Assembly: GCA_018141785.1 (NCBI GenBank)
Contig: CP073341.1
Coordinates: 1,465,422-1,529,421, forward strand
Direction: 5' to 3'
Length of the DNA stretch: 64,000 nucleotides
Origin: Candidatus Paraprochloron terpiosi LD05
GTDB lineage: Bacteria > Cyanobacteriota > Cyanobacteriia > Cyanobacteriales > Prochloraceae
Positions 1-10,279 of the stretch are shown in pieces; within the stretch, counting starts at the first letter, position 1; the number at the start of each line of letters is the position of its first letter. The notes under the pieces are model-generated. The model had not been told where the DNA came from. It ran no database searches and saw only the letters and a program-made list of their open reading frames with translations. Made by a program: the position numbers and the translations under genes.

Positions 1-379
1 GAGCACTAGCAGTGAGAAAATAATAGACAATGCGGCGTTTATCTTCGTAGACTTCCCGTTGAGCGCCATATTCTTCTGCCTTACCTTCCAGAAAACGTCG
101 CGCCGTTTTAGCTGTCATATTAGTTTTCAAGGACAGATCCAGGGCTGTGAGACAACCTTGGTTCTCTTTAATCAATTGCTTGAAGAAGGGATTGACTGCT
201 GTGGTTAAATTTTGCCATTGGTAATTTTGCCAGAGTTTCCAGCCAATCATGAGTCCCGTGAACAATACAATCCACCGCCAAGTGTGGATAATCACTACTA
301 TGACTAGGGCGATGGGGAAAATGATAAGCAGTGCGCCGCGAGCAGGATTACTATTAAATTCTTGTACTTTTCCAGTCAT
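1..379 (-). CDS. hypothetical membrane protein; its C-terminal part runs off the window start
   Basis: ATG at 377-379 (minus), open to position 1. The translation MTGKVQEFNSNPARGALLIIFPIALVIVVIIHTWRWIVLFTGLMIGWKLW... has hydrophobic helices. No family recognised. Confidence 0.4.
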   Translation of the reverse strand, partial: MTGKVQEFNSNPARGALLIIFPIALVIVVIIHTWRWIVLFTGLMIGWKLWQNYQWQNLTTAVNPFFKQLIKENQGCLTALDLSLKTNMTAKTARRFLEGKAEEYGAQREVYEDKRRIVYYFLTASA

Positions 380-402
380 CTTGCAGTAAAATTTATTTTA
401 AA

Positions 403-1194
403 TCAATATTTTAGCAAGTTAGTTACATTCAGACGCTTAAACATTGCAGCTCGGGCGGCAACCACCAGACTATCATCAAGTTTGGTTAAGGAAATCGACC
501 TTTGGTATTTTTGTTGCAATGCTGTTTTAATCAACCAATCAGCCAGAAAAGGATTTTTCGGGAGGAGGGGACCGTGGGAGTAGGTGGCGATGGCATGATG
601 GTAAAATGCTCCTTCCATTCCATCTTCCCCATTATTACCAGAGCCAATGATAACTTTCCCTAAGGGTTGGGCGGTATTTAAATAAGTCCTCCCACCGTGA
701 TTTTCAAAGCCAATTACTACTGGATTTGTTCCCAATATAGATTTTACCTCTTCTGCTAAGGGAGATGCGGTCAACTCAAATACCACATTGCCAATACAGC
801 GAGGAGCATCTGGTCCCGGGTGTTTGCTGACTAAATCTAACAAACCCAAACCCTCTATCCTTTGTCCCAAGGCTGGTTCGTAATAATGACCTAGGAGCTG
901 AGGGGAGCCGCAAGTAAAGACTCCGGGAGTCCCTGCTTCTATTTTATGCCGTAGAGCATCGGCTTTTGCTCCTTTTAAGTCCCGCATGACGATTTCCTGC
1001 TGCCGATCTTGGGCACCTCCTCCCACGATGATATCTACATGGTTGAATGCTTCTGCCTCTGTTTCCCTGTCTAGGGGAATGGTTGTTACTTCAATCTCTC
1101 GCCAGCCACAGCGACGGGATAGACAAATGACATTACCGCGATCGCCATAAGTACTCATCAAGTTTGGATACAGCCAGCCTATTTTCAATTCCAT
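403..1194 (-). CDS. CobQ/GatD-like type 1 glutamine amidotransferase
   Basis: 263-aa ORF. The N-terminus MELKIGWLYPNLMSTYGDRGN, then GGGAQDRQQ, FTCGSPQLLG and FENHGGRTY are typical of GatD/CobQ-type GATase. No murT partner is adjacent. Confidence 0.65.
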   Translation of the reverse strand: MELKIGWLYPNLMSTYGDRGNVICLSRRCGWREIEVTTIPLDRETEAEAFNHVDIIVGGGAQDRQQEIVMRDLKGAKADALRHKIEAGTPGVFTCGSPQLLGHYYEPALGQRIEGLGLLDLVSKHPGPDAPRCIGNVVFELTASPLAEEVKSILGTNPVVIGFENHGGRTYLNTAQPLGKVIIGSGNNGEDGMEGAFYHHAIATYSHGPLLPKNPFLADWLIKTALQQKYQRSISLTKLDDSLVVAARAAMFKRLNVTNLLKY

Positions 1195-1360
1195 TGTCAG
1201 TAAGGGAGCAATTTCCTAGACTTTAGCAGTGTTGTGAGGTTTTCACACAGTCATAACGAACTTTGGTTTACTTTTTTCAGAATATATATTTTTGGATTGC
1301 AGATGACTGATTGAGATGACTTGAGTTAGGGTTTATGGGTCAGTCTTCAGGTCTTTGAAT

Positions 1361-1616
1361 ATGAAGATAAATTATCAGTTTAACGACATACCCTTTGAGT
1401 GGGACACCAACAAAGCTGCGAAAACATGGGGTTTCCTTTGAAACAGCCTGTGAAGTTTTTGAAGCTCCCTTCTTGCAAATCGTTGATAATTAACTCAGAG
1501 AAGTCCTCATTGGCATGACCTCAATTTGGCGCTTATTGTACGTGGTTTATGTTATTCGATTGATTGACCCTCGTCCTATTACCAACGCCGAAAGAAAAAG
1601 CTATGAAAATGGATAA
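1361..1616 (+). pseudogene. BrnT-family toxin pseudogene (frameshift plus in-frame stop)
   Basis: Frame 1 gives MKINYQFNDIPFEWDTNKAAK. A shifted frame continues KHGVSFETACEVFEAPFLQIVDN, then a TAA, then REVLIGMTSIWRLLYVVYVIRLIDPRPITNAERKSYENG. Joined together this matches the BrnT pattern FEWD..KA..N..KHGVSFE.A..VF...RxIxxRxxxxxERxxYE. Confidence 0.6.
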
Positions 1617-1802
1617 ATTGAAGCAACGATTGCAAGCAGAAACGCAAAATTAATAATCGACGCTCAGAGAAATTATGTAGGGTGGGTAATGCTGATATTA
1701 TTGAAAATATTGGTTTTAACTTATTTAGCTGGTGGGCAACGGGAATATTGACTCCCACTTCAGCTTTTAACTATTATAACCCATTGCCCACCTACTAAAG
1801 GT

Positions 1803-3083
1803 CTAAAGGTCTCGATGGGTAAAAGATTTTGCATGAGCACCGCTATAGGTAGCCGCTAGATGACCATTACCTATTAGTTGATATTTATAGGTTACCAAAC
1901 CTTCCAATCCTACAGGACCACGAGGAGGCATCTGTTGGGTACTAATTCCTACTTCTGCACCGAAACCGTAACGAAAACCATCGGCGAAGCGGGTGGAACA
2001 ATTGTGATAAACTCCCGCAGTATCTACTTGGTTGAGAAAAGTTGCTGCTGCAGTTTCATCTTCAGTTACAATAGCATCGGTATGTTTGGAACCATAGGTA
2101 TTGATATGGGCGATCGCCTCTTCTATATCTGTCACTACTTTAATGGCTAAGATTAAATCGGAATATTCCGTGATCCAGTCTTCTTCTGTGGCTGCTGCAA
2201 TCGGTAATATCTGGCAAGTTTTCTCATCTCCTAATAACTTTACCTGGTTATTCTGTAAAGTAGTTGCTACTTGAGGTAGAAATGTGGGAGCGATGGCTTC
2301 ATGAACTAACATAGTTTCGATGGCATTACAAGCTGCTGGATAGTCTGTTTTAGCATCCACGGCAATAGCAACTCCTTTCTCAATATCCGCAGCTTTATCG
2401 ATATAAAGGTGACAAATTCCATCTGCATGTCCTAATACAGGAATCCGGGTATTATCCTGGACATAGGCTACAAAAGCATTAGAACCCCGAGGAATAATCA
2501 AGTCTACATATTCATCCAAGGCTAATAAGGCCTGAATTTCTGCTCTTGTTGTTAGTAATTGTACTGCTTCGGGATTAACCTGAGTCTTCCCCAATGCTTC
2601 ATGAATGACTTTAACTAAAGTTTGACAAGAACGAGTAGCTTCTTTCCCCCCTTTCAGAATCACCCCATTTCCGGATTTCAGGGCTAAACTGGTAATTTGA
2701 ATTAAAGCTTCTGGACGGGCTTCAAAAATCACTCCCAATACTCCGAGGGGACAGGTAACTCGCTTCAGAATCAATCCTGTATCTAGTTCCCGATGAATTT
2801 GCACCGCACCCACTGGGTTGGGTAATTTAGCTACATCTCTTACCCCTGCGATCGCTCTTTTCAGTTTGGTTTCTCCCAATTTTAATCGCCCGTACAAAGG
2901 TTTGGGTATCCCTTTTGCTGCCGCAACCCTTAAGTCTGCTTCGTTGGCGGCAATTATTTCAGGAGCTGCAGTTTCTAAAGCAGCCGCGATCGCCTCTATT
3001 GCTCGATCTCGTTCTGTTGAAGATAGTACTGCTAACTGACGGGCTGCTGTGCGGGTGTTTTCGGCAATGTTTACTAAAGTCAT
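1803..3083 (-). CDS. proA: gamma-glutamyl phosphate reductase
   Basis: Full-length match to the ProA pattern ([18 protein letters not shown]..., [22 protein letters not shown]). The likely start is the ATG at 3083 rather than the ORF-track start at 3146. Confidence 0.9.
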   Translation of the reverse strand: MTLVNIAENTRTAARQLAVLSSTERDRAIEAIAAALETAAPEIIAANEADLRVAAAKGIPKPLYGRLKLGETKLKRAIAGVRDVAKLPNPVGAVQIHRELDTGLILKRVTCPLGVLGVIFEARPEALIQITSLALKSGNGVILKGGKEATRSCQTLVKVIHEALGKTQVNPEAVQLLTTRAEIQALLALDEYVDLIIPRGSNAFVAYVQDNTRIPVLGHADGICHLYIDKAADIEKGVAIAVDAKTDYPAACNAIETMLVHEAIAPTFLPQVATTLQNNQVKLLGDEKTCQILPIAAATEEDWITEYSDLILAIKVVTDIEEAIAHINTYGSKHTDAIVTEDETAAATFLNQVDTAGVYHNCSTRFADGFRYGFGAEVGISTQQMPPRGPVGLEGLVTYKYQLIGNGHLAATYSGAHAKSFTHRDL

Positions 3084-3361
3084 AGTTCTGAGTTGTTTGA
3101 GAATGCAGGGAAAGATTTTTTTACTAAATCTTACACAACTATGCAACGTCCAGTTTTTGGTATTTTATCATCATCTCCCAGGATCACAGTAATTATTTTA
3201 ACATATCTCATCATTTGTTAATCATTAAATAATAAATCTATTTACCAATTGTGCTATATTTACTTAGGCAGGTGGGTAGATTAAAAGAAGAACATGACTG
3301 TTACCAGGCACCTTGGTTGCCTATAGAACCATTTTTTTATAAATCTTGTAAAAAAAAGCCT

Positions 3362-5368
3362 ATGTCACTAAAAAATGGATTAAAGGCTGTCAAACAAAAA
3401 CGTTACTCAGAAGGGATTTTCTTGTTGGAAGAATATTGCCAAAATTCTAGCCAACGGGACACTGAAGAATATGGCCAAGCCCAAATTGGACTAATCAAAG
3501 CTTATCGGGGGGATCGACAATGGCAAAAAGCCATCTCCCTCTGTCAGGAACTTACTAATAGCGCTGACCCTCTGATTAAGTCCTGGGCTGAACAAACTCT
3601 TCCTTCCTTATTGAGTGCTGACCGTCAGAGTCCAAAAGCAACCAGCCAACCAGAACGACAATTCTCTCAAGCTGGTAGAGTTGCTCAAACTGGCGTTAAA
3701 TTAGCTATGCAGGGTATGGCAGGGAGTCTCGTCCTCGCTTCTGGGGTGACTATTTCCCTGCTCTTAGGCATGGTTTTGGTCTTGTGCCTCAGTTTAATTT
3801 TAATTCTGAATAGCGATAATCCCGGCTTGGGGCTAATTGTATCAGTTATCATCACCCTCCTTTTCAATACTGCTGCCTTCTTTATTTCTCCCTGGATCAT
3901 GGACTTAAGTCAAAGATGGCTCTATCAAACCCGTTGGGTTACTCTAGGAGAAGTAGAGCGCCATTCGCCGGAAGCAGCAGAAGTCATTCAGCGAGTCTGT
4001 CGTAGCAAAAAAATCAAAGAACCCCGTTTGGGGATTATCTCCGACCAAAACCCCACTGCTTTTACCTACGGTTCCTTCCCTAATAGCGCCCGTTTGGTAG
4101 TGAGTCAGGGTTTATTTACTTATCTGGCAAAGGACGAAGTGGCGACGGTTTATGCCCACGAATTGGGACATATCGTCCATTGGGACTTTGCCGTCATGAC
4201 CTTTGCCTCTACCCTAGTGCAAATTACCTACCTGATTTATACCTTTGCCAGAAGGCTGGCACAACGGGGTGGAGAGAAGATTAGGCAAGCTCAATCTGCT
4301 GCATTGGTGGCTTATGCATTTTATATCATCGGCACCTATTTATTGCTCTATCTATCCCGAACCAGGGAATACTATGCGGACCATTTTGCCGCCGAAACTA
4401 CGGGGAACCCCAACGGTTTATCCAGGGCTTTGGTTAAAATCGCCTATGGTATTGTCCAAGAGGGAGAACGGAGCAAAGAACCGAGTAGGTTAATTGAAGG
4501 GACTCGCGCTCTCGGTATTTACGACCCGAAAGCAGCCGTTTCCTCAGGAACCGCTTATCGTATCGCCGAGACTTCACAGAAGGTAGGACGAGTATTTCTC
4601 TGGGATATATTCAACCCCTGGGGTTGGTGGATGGAGTTAAATTCGACTCACCCCCTCACTGGGAAGCGAATCCGTGCTTTAACCACCTATGCTGAACAAA
4701 TGGGTTTGGATACTGAATTTGATATGGCTAAGATAGTGCGGGAGGGGAATAGGCTGAATAAGCGCAAACTCTACGGCAATTTTATCTTCGATGTCTTCAT
4801 CTTTAACGCTCCAACCCTAGGTTTAGTTTTGGGTTTAATCGCTGCTGGTGCTCTCTATGCTAGAGGGGGAAATTTCATGGAATTTATCACCTTTCCCCTC
4901 TTTGGTTTCGGATTGGGAACTCTCATTAAAACTGGGGTCATGTATCCAGATTACAAGCGGAGTGCAGTTACGGATGTTTTTACCTTAATGACCGATCCCT
5001 ATGCCAGTCCTTTACAGGGTCGTCCTGTTAAATTAGAAGGAACTTTAATCGGTCGCGGTGACGCTGGTTCTAGAGTTGGCTCCGATTTGAAGTTGCAGGA
5101 TAAGACGGGGATGATTTATACTCGTTACGCTTCTCGTTTTGGTAGTTTGGGTAATTTCTTCTTCGGTTTGACCCAGGTACAGCAGTTAATTGACTCTGAA
5201 GTAAAGGCTATTGGTTGGTTTCGTCGGGGAATCGCCCCTTGGTTCGACTTAATTCAATTACAAAAGTATAACCACACTGCTGTTCAAAGTTATCATCGTT
5301 TCTGGTCTCTTGTAGTGGGCATCGGTTCTCTTGTTTTAGCATTTTTCATACCATTGTTACTTAACTAA
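3362..5368 (+). CDS. M48-family zinc metalloprotease (HtpX-like), multi-pass membrane protein
   Basis: HExxH motif YAHELGHIVHWD, several hydrophobic segments, and an N-terminal TPR-like region. The start is uncertain (GTG at 3251 or ATG at 3362). Confidence 0.7.
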   Translation: MSLKNGLKAVKQKRYSEGIFLLEEYCQNSSQRDTEEYGQAQIGLIKAYRGDRQWQKAISLCQELTNSADPLIKSWAEQTLPSLLSADRQSPKATSQPERQFSQAGRVAQTGVKLAMQGMAGSLVLASGVTISLLLGMVLVLCLSLILILNSDNPGLGLIVSVIITLLFNTAAFFISPWIMDLSQRWLYQTRWVTLGEVERHSPEAAEVIQRVCRSKKIKEPRLGIISDQNPTAFTYGSFPNSARLVVSQGLFTYLAKDEVATVYAHELGHIVHWDFAVMTFASTLVQITYLIYTFARRLAQRGGEKIRQAQSAALVAYAFYIIGTYLLLYLSRTREYYADHFAAETTGNPNGLSRALVKIAYGIVQEGERSKEPSRLIEGTRALGIYDPKAAVSSGTAYRIAETSQKVGRVFLWDIFNPWGWWMELNSTHPLTGKRIRALTTYAEQMGLDTEFDMAKIVREGNRLNKRKLYGNFIFDVFIFNAPTLGLVLGLIAAGALYARGGNFMEFITFPLFGFGLGTLIKTGVMYPDYKRSAVTDVFTLMTDPYASPLQGRPVKLEGTLIGRGDAGSRVGSDLKLQDKTGMIYTRYASRFGSLGNFFFGLTQVQQLIDSEVKAIGWFRRGIAPWFDLIQLQKYNHTAVQSYHRFWSLVVGIGSLVLAFFIPLLLN

Positions 5369-5541
5369 AATATTATGGTTTTGGGGTAGGGTAACGGCGT
5401 GCATTGCTCTTTTTAAACAACATCACCCATGCCCTACTCTTAGGTTGACTTCCTCTCTTCTATGATGCTAAACAGAGTTACAACTTGTTGTTAGTTGTAT
5501 TACTCCCTATTTGACTACTTGAGGAAGTATCTTTTTTCGGG

Positions 5542-6144
5542 ATGGGTGATGTGTTGCCCCTGGTGTACCTACCGATAGATGTGAGTGCGGGTATTCTGAA
5601 GGAGAGTGCCAGGGATTTATTGACAGATTATCCCCAATTGCAGGTTCGCGGTTTGGTGAGTACCTTGGGGAATTTTACTCCTCAAGAGTGCCATCGCTTT
5701 TTTGCTCAGGTACTTGCTGCTCTGGAAACGGGTGAGTATTTTTTACTGGGAATTGATTTACAAAAGCCCAAGGATATTTTGGAAGCTGCCTATAATGACA
5801 GTCAGGGAGTAACAGCAGCATTTAATCTGAATATGCTAACTCATCTCAACTGGCGTTTTGGCGGCAATTTCGATTTAAATCTGTTCCAACACCACGCTTT
5901 TTATAATGAGTCGTCCAGTCAAATAGAGATGCATTTAATTAGTGAGGTTTCCCACTCAGTCCGTTTAAATGCTCTGGAGTTAACGGTAGAATTTGCAGCA
6001 GGAGAAACTATCCCCACGGAAATTTCCCGCAAATTTAACCTCCAACAGATACAGCAATATTTACAAGAGGTGGGTTTAAAACCCCTTCAGGTCTGGGCTG
6101 ATCCCCAGCAATGGTTTGGTTTATTGCTTGCTCAAGTGCTTTAG
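5542..6144 (+). pseudogene. EgtD-like (histidine N-alpha-methyltransferase family) remnant lacking the N-terminal SAM-binding part
   Basis: The 200-aa ORF matches only the C-terminal two thirds of EgtD-type proteins (YLPIDVS..., STLGNFTPQE, GVTAAFNLNMLTHLN, IEMHL, TEISRKF). About 90-100 N-terminal residues are missing, as is a segment between VRGLV and STLGNF. No upstream ORF supplies them. Confidence 0.45.
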
Positions 6145-6201
6145 CTATCTATTCTTGGCGAAGATTTATCTTAAACGGGACAATAGTTGCATTGAAGACT
6201 C

Positions 6202-6266
6202 GTAGGGTGGGCAAGGTTTAGGGGTTTGGAGCTGAGAATTGATAAAATCTATCTTGCTCACCCTAC
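6202..6266. repeat. small inverted-repeat (MITE-like) element of the GTAGGGTGGGCA family
   Basis: GTAGGGTGGGCAAG (6202-6215) and CTTGCTCACCCTAC (6253-6266) form a near-perfect inverted repeat around a 37-nt spacer. Related motifs occur at 1677-1692, 1782-1795, 31413-31433 and 35824-35844. Confidence 0.5.
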
Positions 6267-6273
6267 AACTAAG

Positions 6274-6945
6274 CTAGACACTTTTCTTTGCTTGAATGGC
6301 AACTGCATCTACAAAACGATATTTCTCTTCAACTTCAGAAAACCTTTTGTCTTCTGAATCATTGAAGTGAGCAGGTCTTATATCAGAAAATCCTACTGTT
6401 AACAACTCTTGCCTGAGAGCCTTGTAATCCCACATCCACAAATGGGGAACATAATTTGACCCCAAAGCATTCTTTAAAAATGATTTCAGTCCTATTGAAC
6501 GCTTTTTTGTTGTACCTAATATTGTAGATTTTAGGAATTCAATAGACGCTGTTGGTGAGTCAGATGATAAATAATTTTTAGCAGCAATCTCTAAGTCGGG
6601 TACAATTAAGCGAAAAATTCCTCCTGGCTTCAAAACCTTGAAGGTATTCAATAAAGCTAGTCGAAATTCTTCCAAACTCAGATGTTCTAAAATATGGCAT
6701 GCATAAACACCAGAACAGGAGTTTTCACTAACAGGTAATCCCCGAACTATATCACCATAACGAATATGTTCAGGAAATCTACATCGTTTAACCTGCTGAC
6801 TTTCACCAATTGCTTTAGGACTGCTATAAAAGCGACCTATTAATGGTAATCTTTCTATCCAGACGGTAAGAGCTGAATCAAAGTTCAACCAGCTTTCAGG
6901 AGCACAAAAACCACATCCATATTGGACATAAAGAGAGTTAGACAT
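6274..6945 (-). CDS. class I SAM-dependent methyltransferase
   Basis: 223 aa. Methyltransf_11-like segment HILEHLSLEEF...LKPGGIFRLIVPDL. Confidence 0.65.
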   Translation of the reverse strand: MSNSLYVQYGCGFCAPESWLNFDSALTVWIERLPLIGRFYSSPKAIGESQQVKRCRFPEHIRYGDIVRGLPVSENSCSGVYACHILEHLSLEEFRLALLNTFKVLKPGGIFRLIVPDLEIAAKNYLSSDSPTASIEFLKSTILGTTKKRSIGLKSFLKNALGSNYVPHLWMWDYKALRQELLTVGFSDIRPAHFNDSEDKRFSEVEEKYRFVDAVAIQAKKSV

Positions 6946-6977
6946 GAGAGGAAGTTAAATTAGTTGTAAACATGATA

Positions 6978-7568
6978 TCACCAACGTACCCTACGGGAAA
7001 GAATCCAAGTCACAGCCTCTCCTAAATCAGTAGCAATATAATCCGGTAATACCCGGTGTTGGTAGTCTCCCCTGAGAACCTTCGTTCCATAGCCAGTTTG
7101 AACTAAAATCCCTGTGGCTCCAGCATTGTGAGCCATATCTATATCTGTAGCTTTGTCCCCCATCACAAAACTTTGCTTCAGATCCAGATCCCATTCCCAA
7201 GCAGCAGCTACCAGCATACCAGTATTGGGTTTACGCCAAGTACTCCAACGGGTAAACTCCGGGTTAATTCCTCCAGCACCAGGGCTGAGGTAGGGACAGT
7301 AATAAAGAGCATCCAGTTTTGCTCCCCCTTCGGAGGCTAACAGTTCCTGCAAACGCTCATGCAAAGCATCAATATGTTCCCTAGGGTAATAATTGCGGGC
7401 AGCACCAGATTGATTAGAAACGAGAATTGTGGGGATTTGCAAGTCATTTAGGCGCTTCACAGCACCAGCAGCACCGGGTATTAACTGCAAATCTTCGACT
7501 TTGCGAATGTATCCCGCTTCCACATTCAGCACCCCATCTCGATCCAAAAATACTGCTGCTTTAGCCAC
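6978..7568 (-). CDS. gmhB: D,D-heptose 1,7-bisphosphate phosphatase-like HAD-IIIA hydrolase
   Basis: AVFLDRDGVLN, VSNQSG, CRKP-like WRKPNTGM and GDKATDIDMAHNAG motifs. The likely start is the GTG at 7568, overlapping the stop of the upstream GT9 gene (translational coupling). Confidence 0.65.
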   Translation of the reverse strand: MAKAAVFLDRDGVLNVEAGYIRKVEDLQLIPGAAGAVKRLNDLQIPTILVSNQSGAARNYYPREHIDALHERLQELLASEGGAKLDALYYCPYLSPGAGGINPEFTRWSTWRKPNTGMLVAAAWEWDLDLKQSFVMGDKATDIDMAHNAGATGILVQTGYGTKVLRGDYQHRVLPDYIATDLGEAVTWILSRRVRW

Positions 7569-8520
7569 GCCAAATTTCTGCCAAAACTCGTTCTGGTTTA
7601 ATATCCGCCATTTTACCTGTTGGAGATTGAATACCGATACATTTATCACTCCCAGGAGGCAATAATTTCTGGGAGTCAGTGGGACCAAATAGGGCTATAG
7701 TATAGGTATCAACAGCCACGGCTAAATGCATGGGAGCGCTATCGGTACAGAGAAATAAGTTGGCACCAGCAATAATAGCAGCCAATTTACCTATATCAGG
7801 AGGTGAGATAACCTTCAGACCGGGACAAGCTTTTTTCATCTGGGTCACAATATCCTCATCTTCTGGACCTTGAATTATAACTATAGGCAATTCCGGCTGT
7901 TTCGTCTGGATATCCTGGATAATTTCCTGCCATTGTTGGGGAGGATAGATTTTATCAATGCCTTTACTCAAAGCCAACTGACTGGAAGAGGCGTGGATCA
8001 GGATATAACCCGAATTTATCTGTAACCGTTTTTGTTCCTCCAGAGTCCACTCAATATCAGATTTAGGTACACTCACCTTTAAAGGGGAACAGGGAGAGGT
8101 TATTCCTAAACCTTGGAGCAAGTCTCGATACATGTGGGCAGCATACTGCTCAGTTTTCAGGGGAACAGGGTGAGATAGGAACCAAGAATTTGGGGTTTGG
8201 TAACCAATGCGAACAGGAATACCATTCAGCCACAGGAGAAAACCTACCGTCCAACGACGACCTAAAGAGAGAGCGATATCATATTCCCGATCGCGGATCA
8301 TTCCCAAGAGGTTGAGATAGTCGGCTAAACTATTCCGATCTTTGTAGTCGAAAAGGAGGACCTCATTGACATGAGGGCAAACTCGGTAAGCACTTTTGGC
8401 TCTCGGTTCCACCAACACGTCAATAGTAGCTTGGGGGTAGGACTCTTTTAAGTCAAACAGGGTGGGGAAGAATAAGAGTTGATCCCCTATTCCCCCAGGG
8501 ACAAGGGCTAAAATTCGCAT
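7561..8520 (-). CDS. glycosyltransferase family 9 (heptosyltransferase-like)
   Basis: 319 aa. MRILALVPGGIGDQLLFFP and CTDSAPMHLAVA are typical GT9 signatures. Confidence 0.75.
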   Translation of the reverse strand: MRILALVPGGIGDQLLFFPTLFDLKESYPQATIDVLVEPRAKSAYRVCPHVNEVLLFDYKDRNSLADYLNLLGMIRDREYDIALSLGRRWTVGFLLWLNGIPVRIGYQTPNSWFLSHPVPLKTEQYAAHMYRDLLQGLGITSPCSPLKVSVPKSDIEWTLEEQKRLQINSGYILIHASSSQLALSKGIDKIYPPQQWQEIIQDIQTKQPELPIVIIQGPEDEDIVTQMKKACPGLKVISPPDIGKLAAIIAGANLFLCTDSAPMHLAVAVDTYTIALFGPTDSQKLLPPGSDKCIGIQSPTGKMADIKPERVLAEIWRG

Positions 8521-8575
8521 TCTCGATTACACGTACCATGACAGGTGCTTATATATTATCAGAAAAGATAAATTC

Positions 8576-9295
8576 TTGAAGATGTATTTATTAATTCCAG
8601 CAGCAGGCATGGGACGGCGCATGGGAGCTGATCGCAATAAACTCCTCCTAACCTTACTGGGCAAACCTTTGCTGGCTTGGACTCTCCAAGCTGCTGAGGC
8701 TGCCAGTCAGATTAGCTGGATCGGTATTATGGGACAACCCCTTGACTTGTCCTCCTTCCAAGCTATTATCGCTGAATTCGGTTTCAGCAAACCTATAAAA
8801 TTAATTCAAGGGGGAGCAACACGCCAGGAATCGGTTTACAATGGTCTCGAAGCATTGCCTCAATCGGCAGAAAGAGTCTTAATTCACGACGGAGCCAGGT
8901 GTTTAGCTACTCCAAATTTATTCGATCGCTGTGCTGAGAAGCTCGATAATTGTCAGGGATTGATTGCTGCTGTACCTGTTAAAGATACAATTAAAATAGT
9001 AAATGATAAAAATATTATCAAAAATACCCCCCCTCGGAGCAATCTCTGGGCAGCTCAAACTCCCCAAGGATTTGAGGTAGAATTGTTAAAGTATTGTCAC
9101 AAACAGGGAAAGGAGTTAGAATGGGAAGTAACAGACGATGCTGCTTTGTTTGAAAAGTGTCATTTGACAGTGCGGGTAGTTCCAGGGGAAGAGACAAATA
9201 TTAAAATAACTACCCCAGTGGATTTAGAAATCGCCCAATTGATTCTGCGAGAGCGTTTATCAAGGGATCCTGCAACAAACCCAACTCCAGATTAA
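8576..9295 (+). CDS. ispD: 2-C-methyl-D-erythritol 4-phosphate cytidylyltransferase
   Basis: LIPAAGMGRRMG, GGATRQESV, AQTPQGF and the overall length fit IspD. Confidence 0.85.
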   Translation: MKMYLLIPAAGMGRRMGADRNKLLLTLLGKPLLAWTLQAAEAASQISWIGIMGQPLDLSSFQAIIAEFGFSKPIKLIQGGATRQESVYNGLEALPQSAERVLIHDGARCLATPNLFDRCAEKLDNCQGLIAAVPVKDTIKIVNDKNIIKNTPPRSNLWAAQTPQGFEVELLKYCHKQGKELEWEVTDDAALFEKCHLTVRVVPGEETNIKITTPVDLEIAQLILRERLSRDPATNPTPD

Positions 9296-9575
9296 ATCGG
9301 CTCCCCTTGCTATTATTTGTCATCGCCATCGTCATCGTTCTCAACTGTCCGCTGTTTTCAAGCTAGAAGTGCAGGAGAAAGAGAAAGTAAACTCCCGGAA
9401 GAAGCTAAACAAATCGAAGTCTTGTAACCGTAGGGTGCGTTGATGACATTTTTTTGATTGAACCACAACAGATTCTATATTAGATGCTCAAAGTCATTAC
9501 AGCATTGCTTAAATTTAAAGTTTTGTTTAGCTTTGGCTTCAACTGCATCTGCTAATTTATCCCATATTGCCAACC

Positions 9576-10241
9576 CTACCACTCTCCAGGTCGAAAATAT
9601 TCGTCATTAGCAATTTCTACCACCTCACCCGACTGTTGAATCAGGAATAAACCTCGACGATAAGCATAGCGCTCGATTCCTTCATCAATATCAATTCCCG
9701 CAACAGCACCATGTAGCTTGACATCAGCATAGCGGGTAAATGCTTGTTTAAAACGAGCCAACTTTTCTAAAAAATAATCCACATCTGCTTTGGATAAATG
9801 AGATTTAACTTCTACTGCAACTGCAACATCATCATCAATGGCTAAAATATCAATTTCCATTGCTAAACCTGCACGTTTGGTTTTCATCCGACGGAGGGTT
9901 TGTGTAACTGGAATACCTCGTGCTTGAAAAAGATTTACAGCAGCAGGTTCTACCAGGTTTTCTAAAAACTGTCCCCAACGGCTTGTGAGAGCACTCACAG
10001 CTTTGTTAGTATTGGCTGCAATAGCTTCTACTTTAGCAAGTCGTTTTTCTGCTTCTGCTGCAATACGATCCGATTCTGCTGCTCGTTCTGCTGCACGACG
10101 ATCTGCTTCTGCTGCAAATTCTGCTACAATACGATCTAGTTCTGCTAAACGGCGATCTGCTTCAGCGAAACGACGATCCGCTTCAGCTTGAGAAGCTTGG
10201 AACAGATTGTAAATATCTTGAATAGTTACAGCATCTGACAT
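9576..10241 (-). CDS. coiled-coil plus PD-(D/E)XK-like protein (DUF3782-like)
   Basis: 221 aa. The N-terminal low-complexity coiled coil has AEADRR repeats. The C-terminal EIDILAIDDDVAVAVEVKS resembles a restriction-endonuclease-fold core. Confidence 0.45.
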   Translation of the reverse strand: MSDAVTIQDIYNLFQASQAEADRRFAEADRRLAELDRIVAEFAAEADRRAAERAAESDRIAAEAEKRLAKVEAIAANTNKAVSALTSRWGQFLENLVEPAAVNLFQARGIPVTQTLRRMKTKRAGLAMEIDILAIDDDVAVAVEVKSHLSKADVDYFLEKLARFKQAFTRYADVKLHGAVAGIDIDEGIERYAYRRGLFLIQQSGEVVEIANDEYFRPGEW

Positions 10242-10279
10242 AATTATAACAAAAAAAACAAGCTAAATATGCTTCCATA

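Noticed and set aside
9985-10191. 68-aa Ala/Ser/Arg-rich ORF on the plus strand
   Set aside because: It is the antisense reading of the AEADRR coiled-coil repeats of the 221-aa minus-strand gene, and so a compositional artefact.
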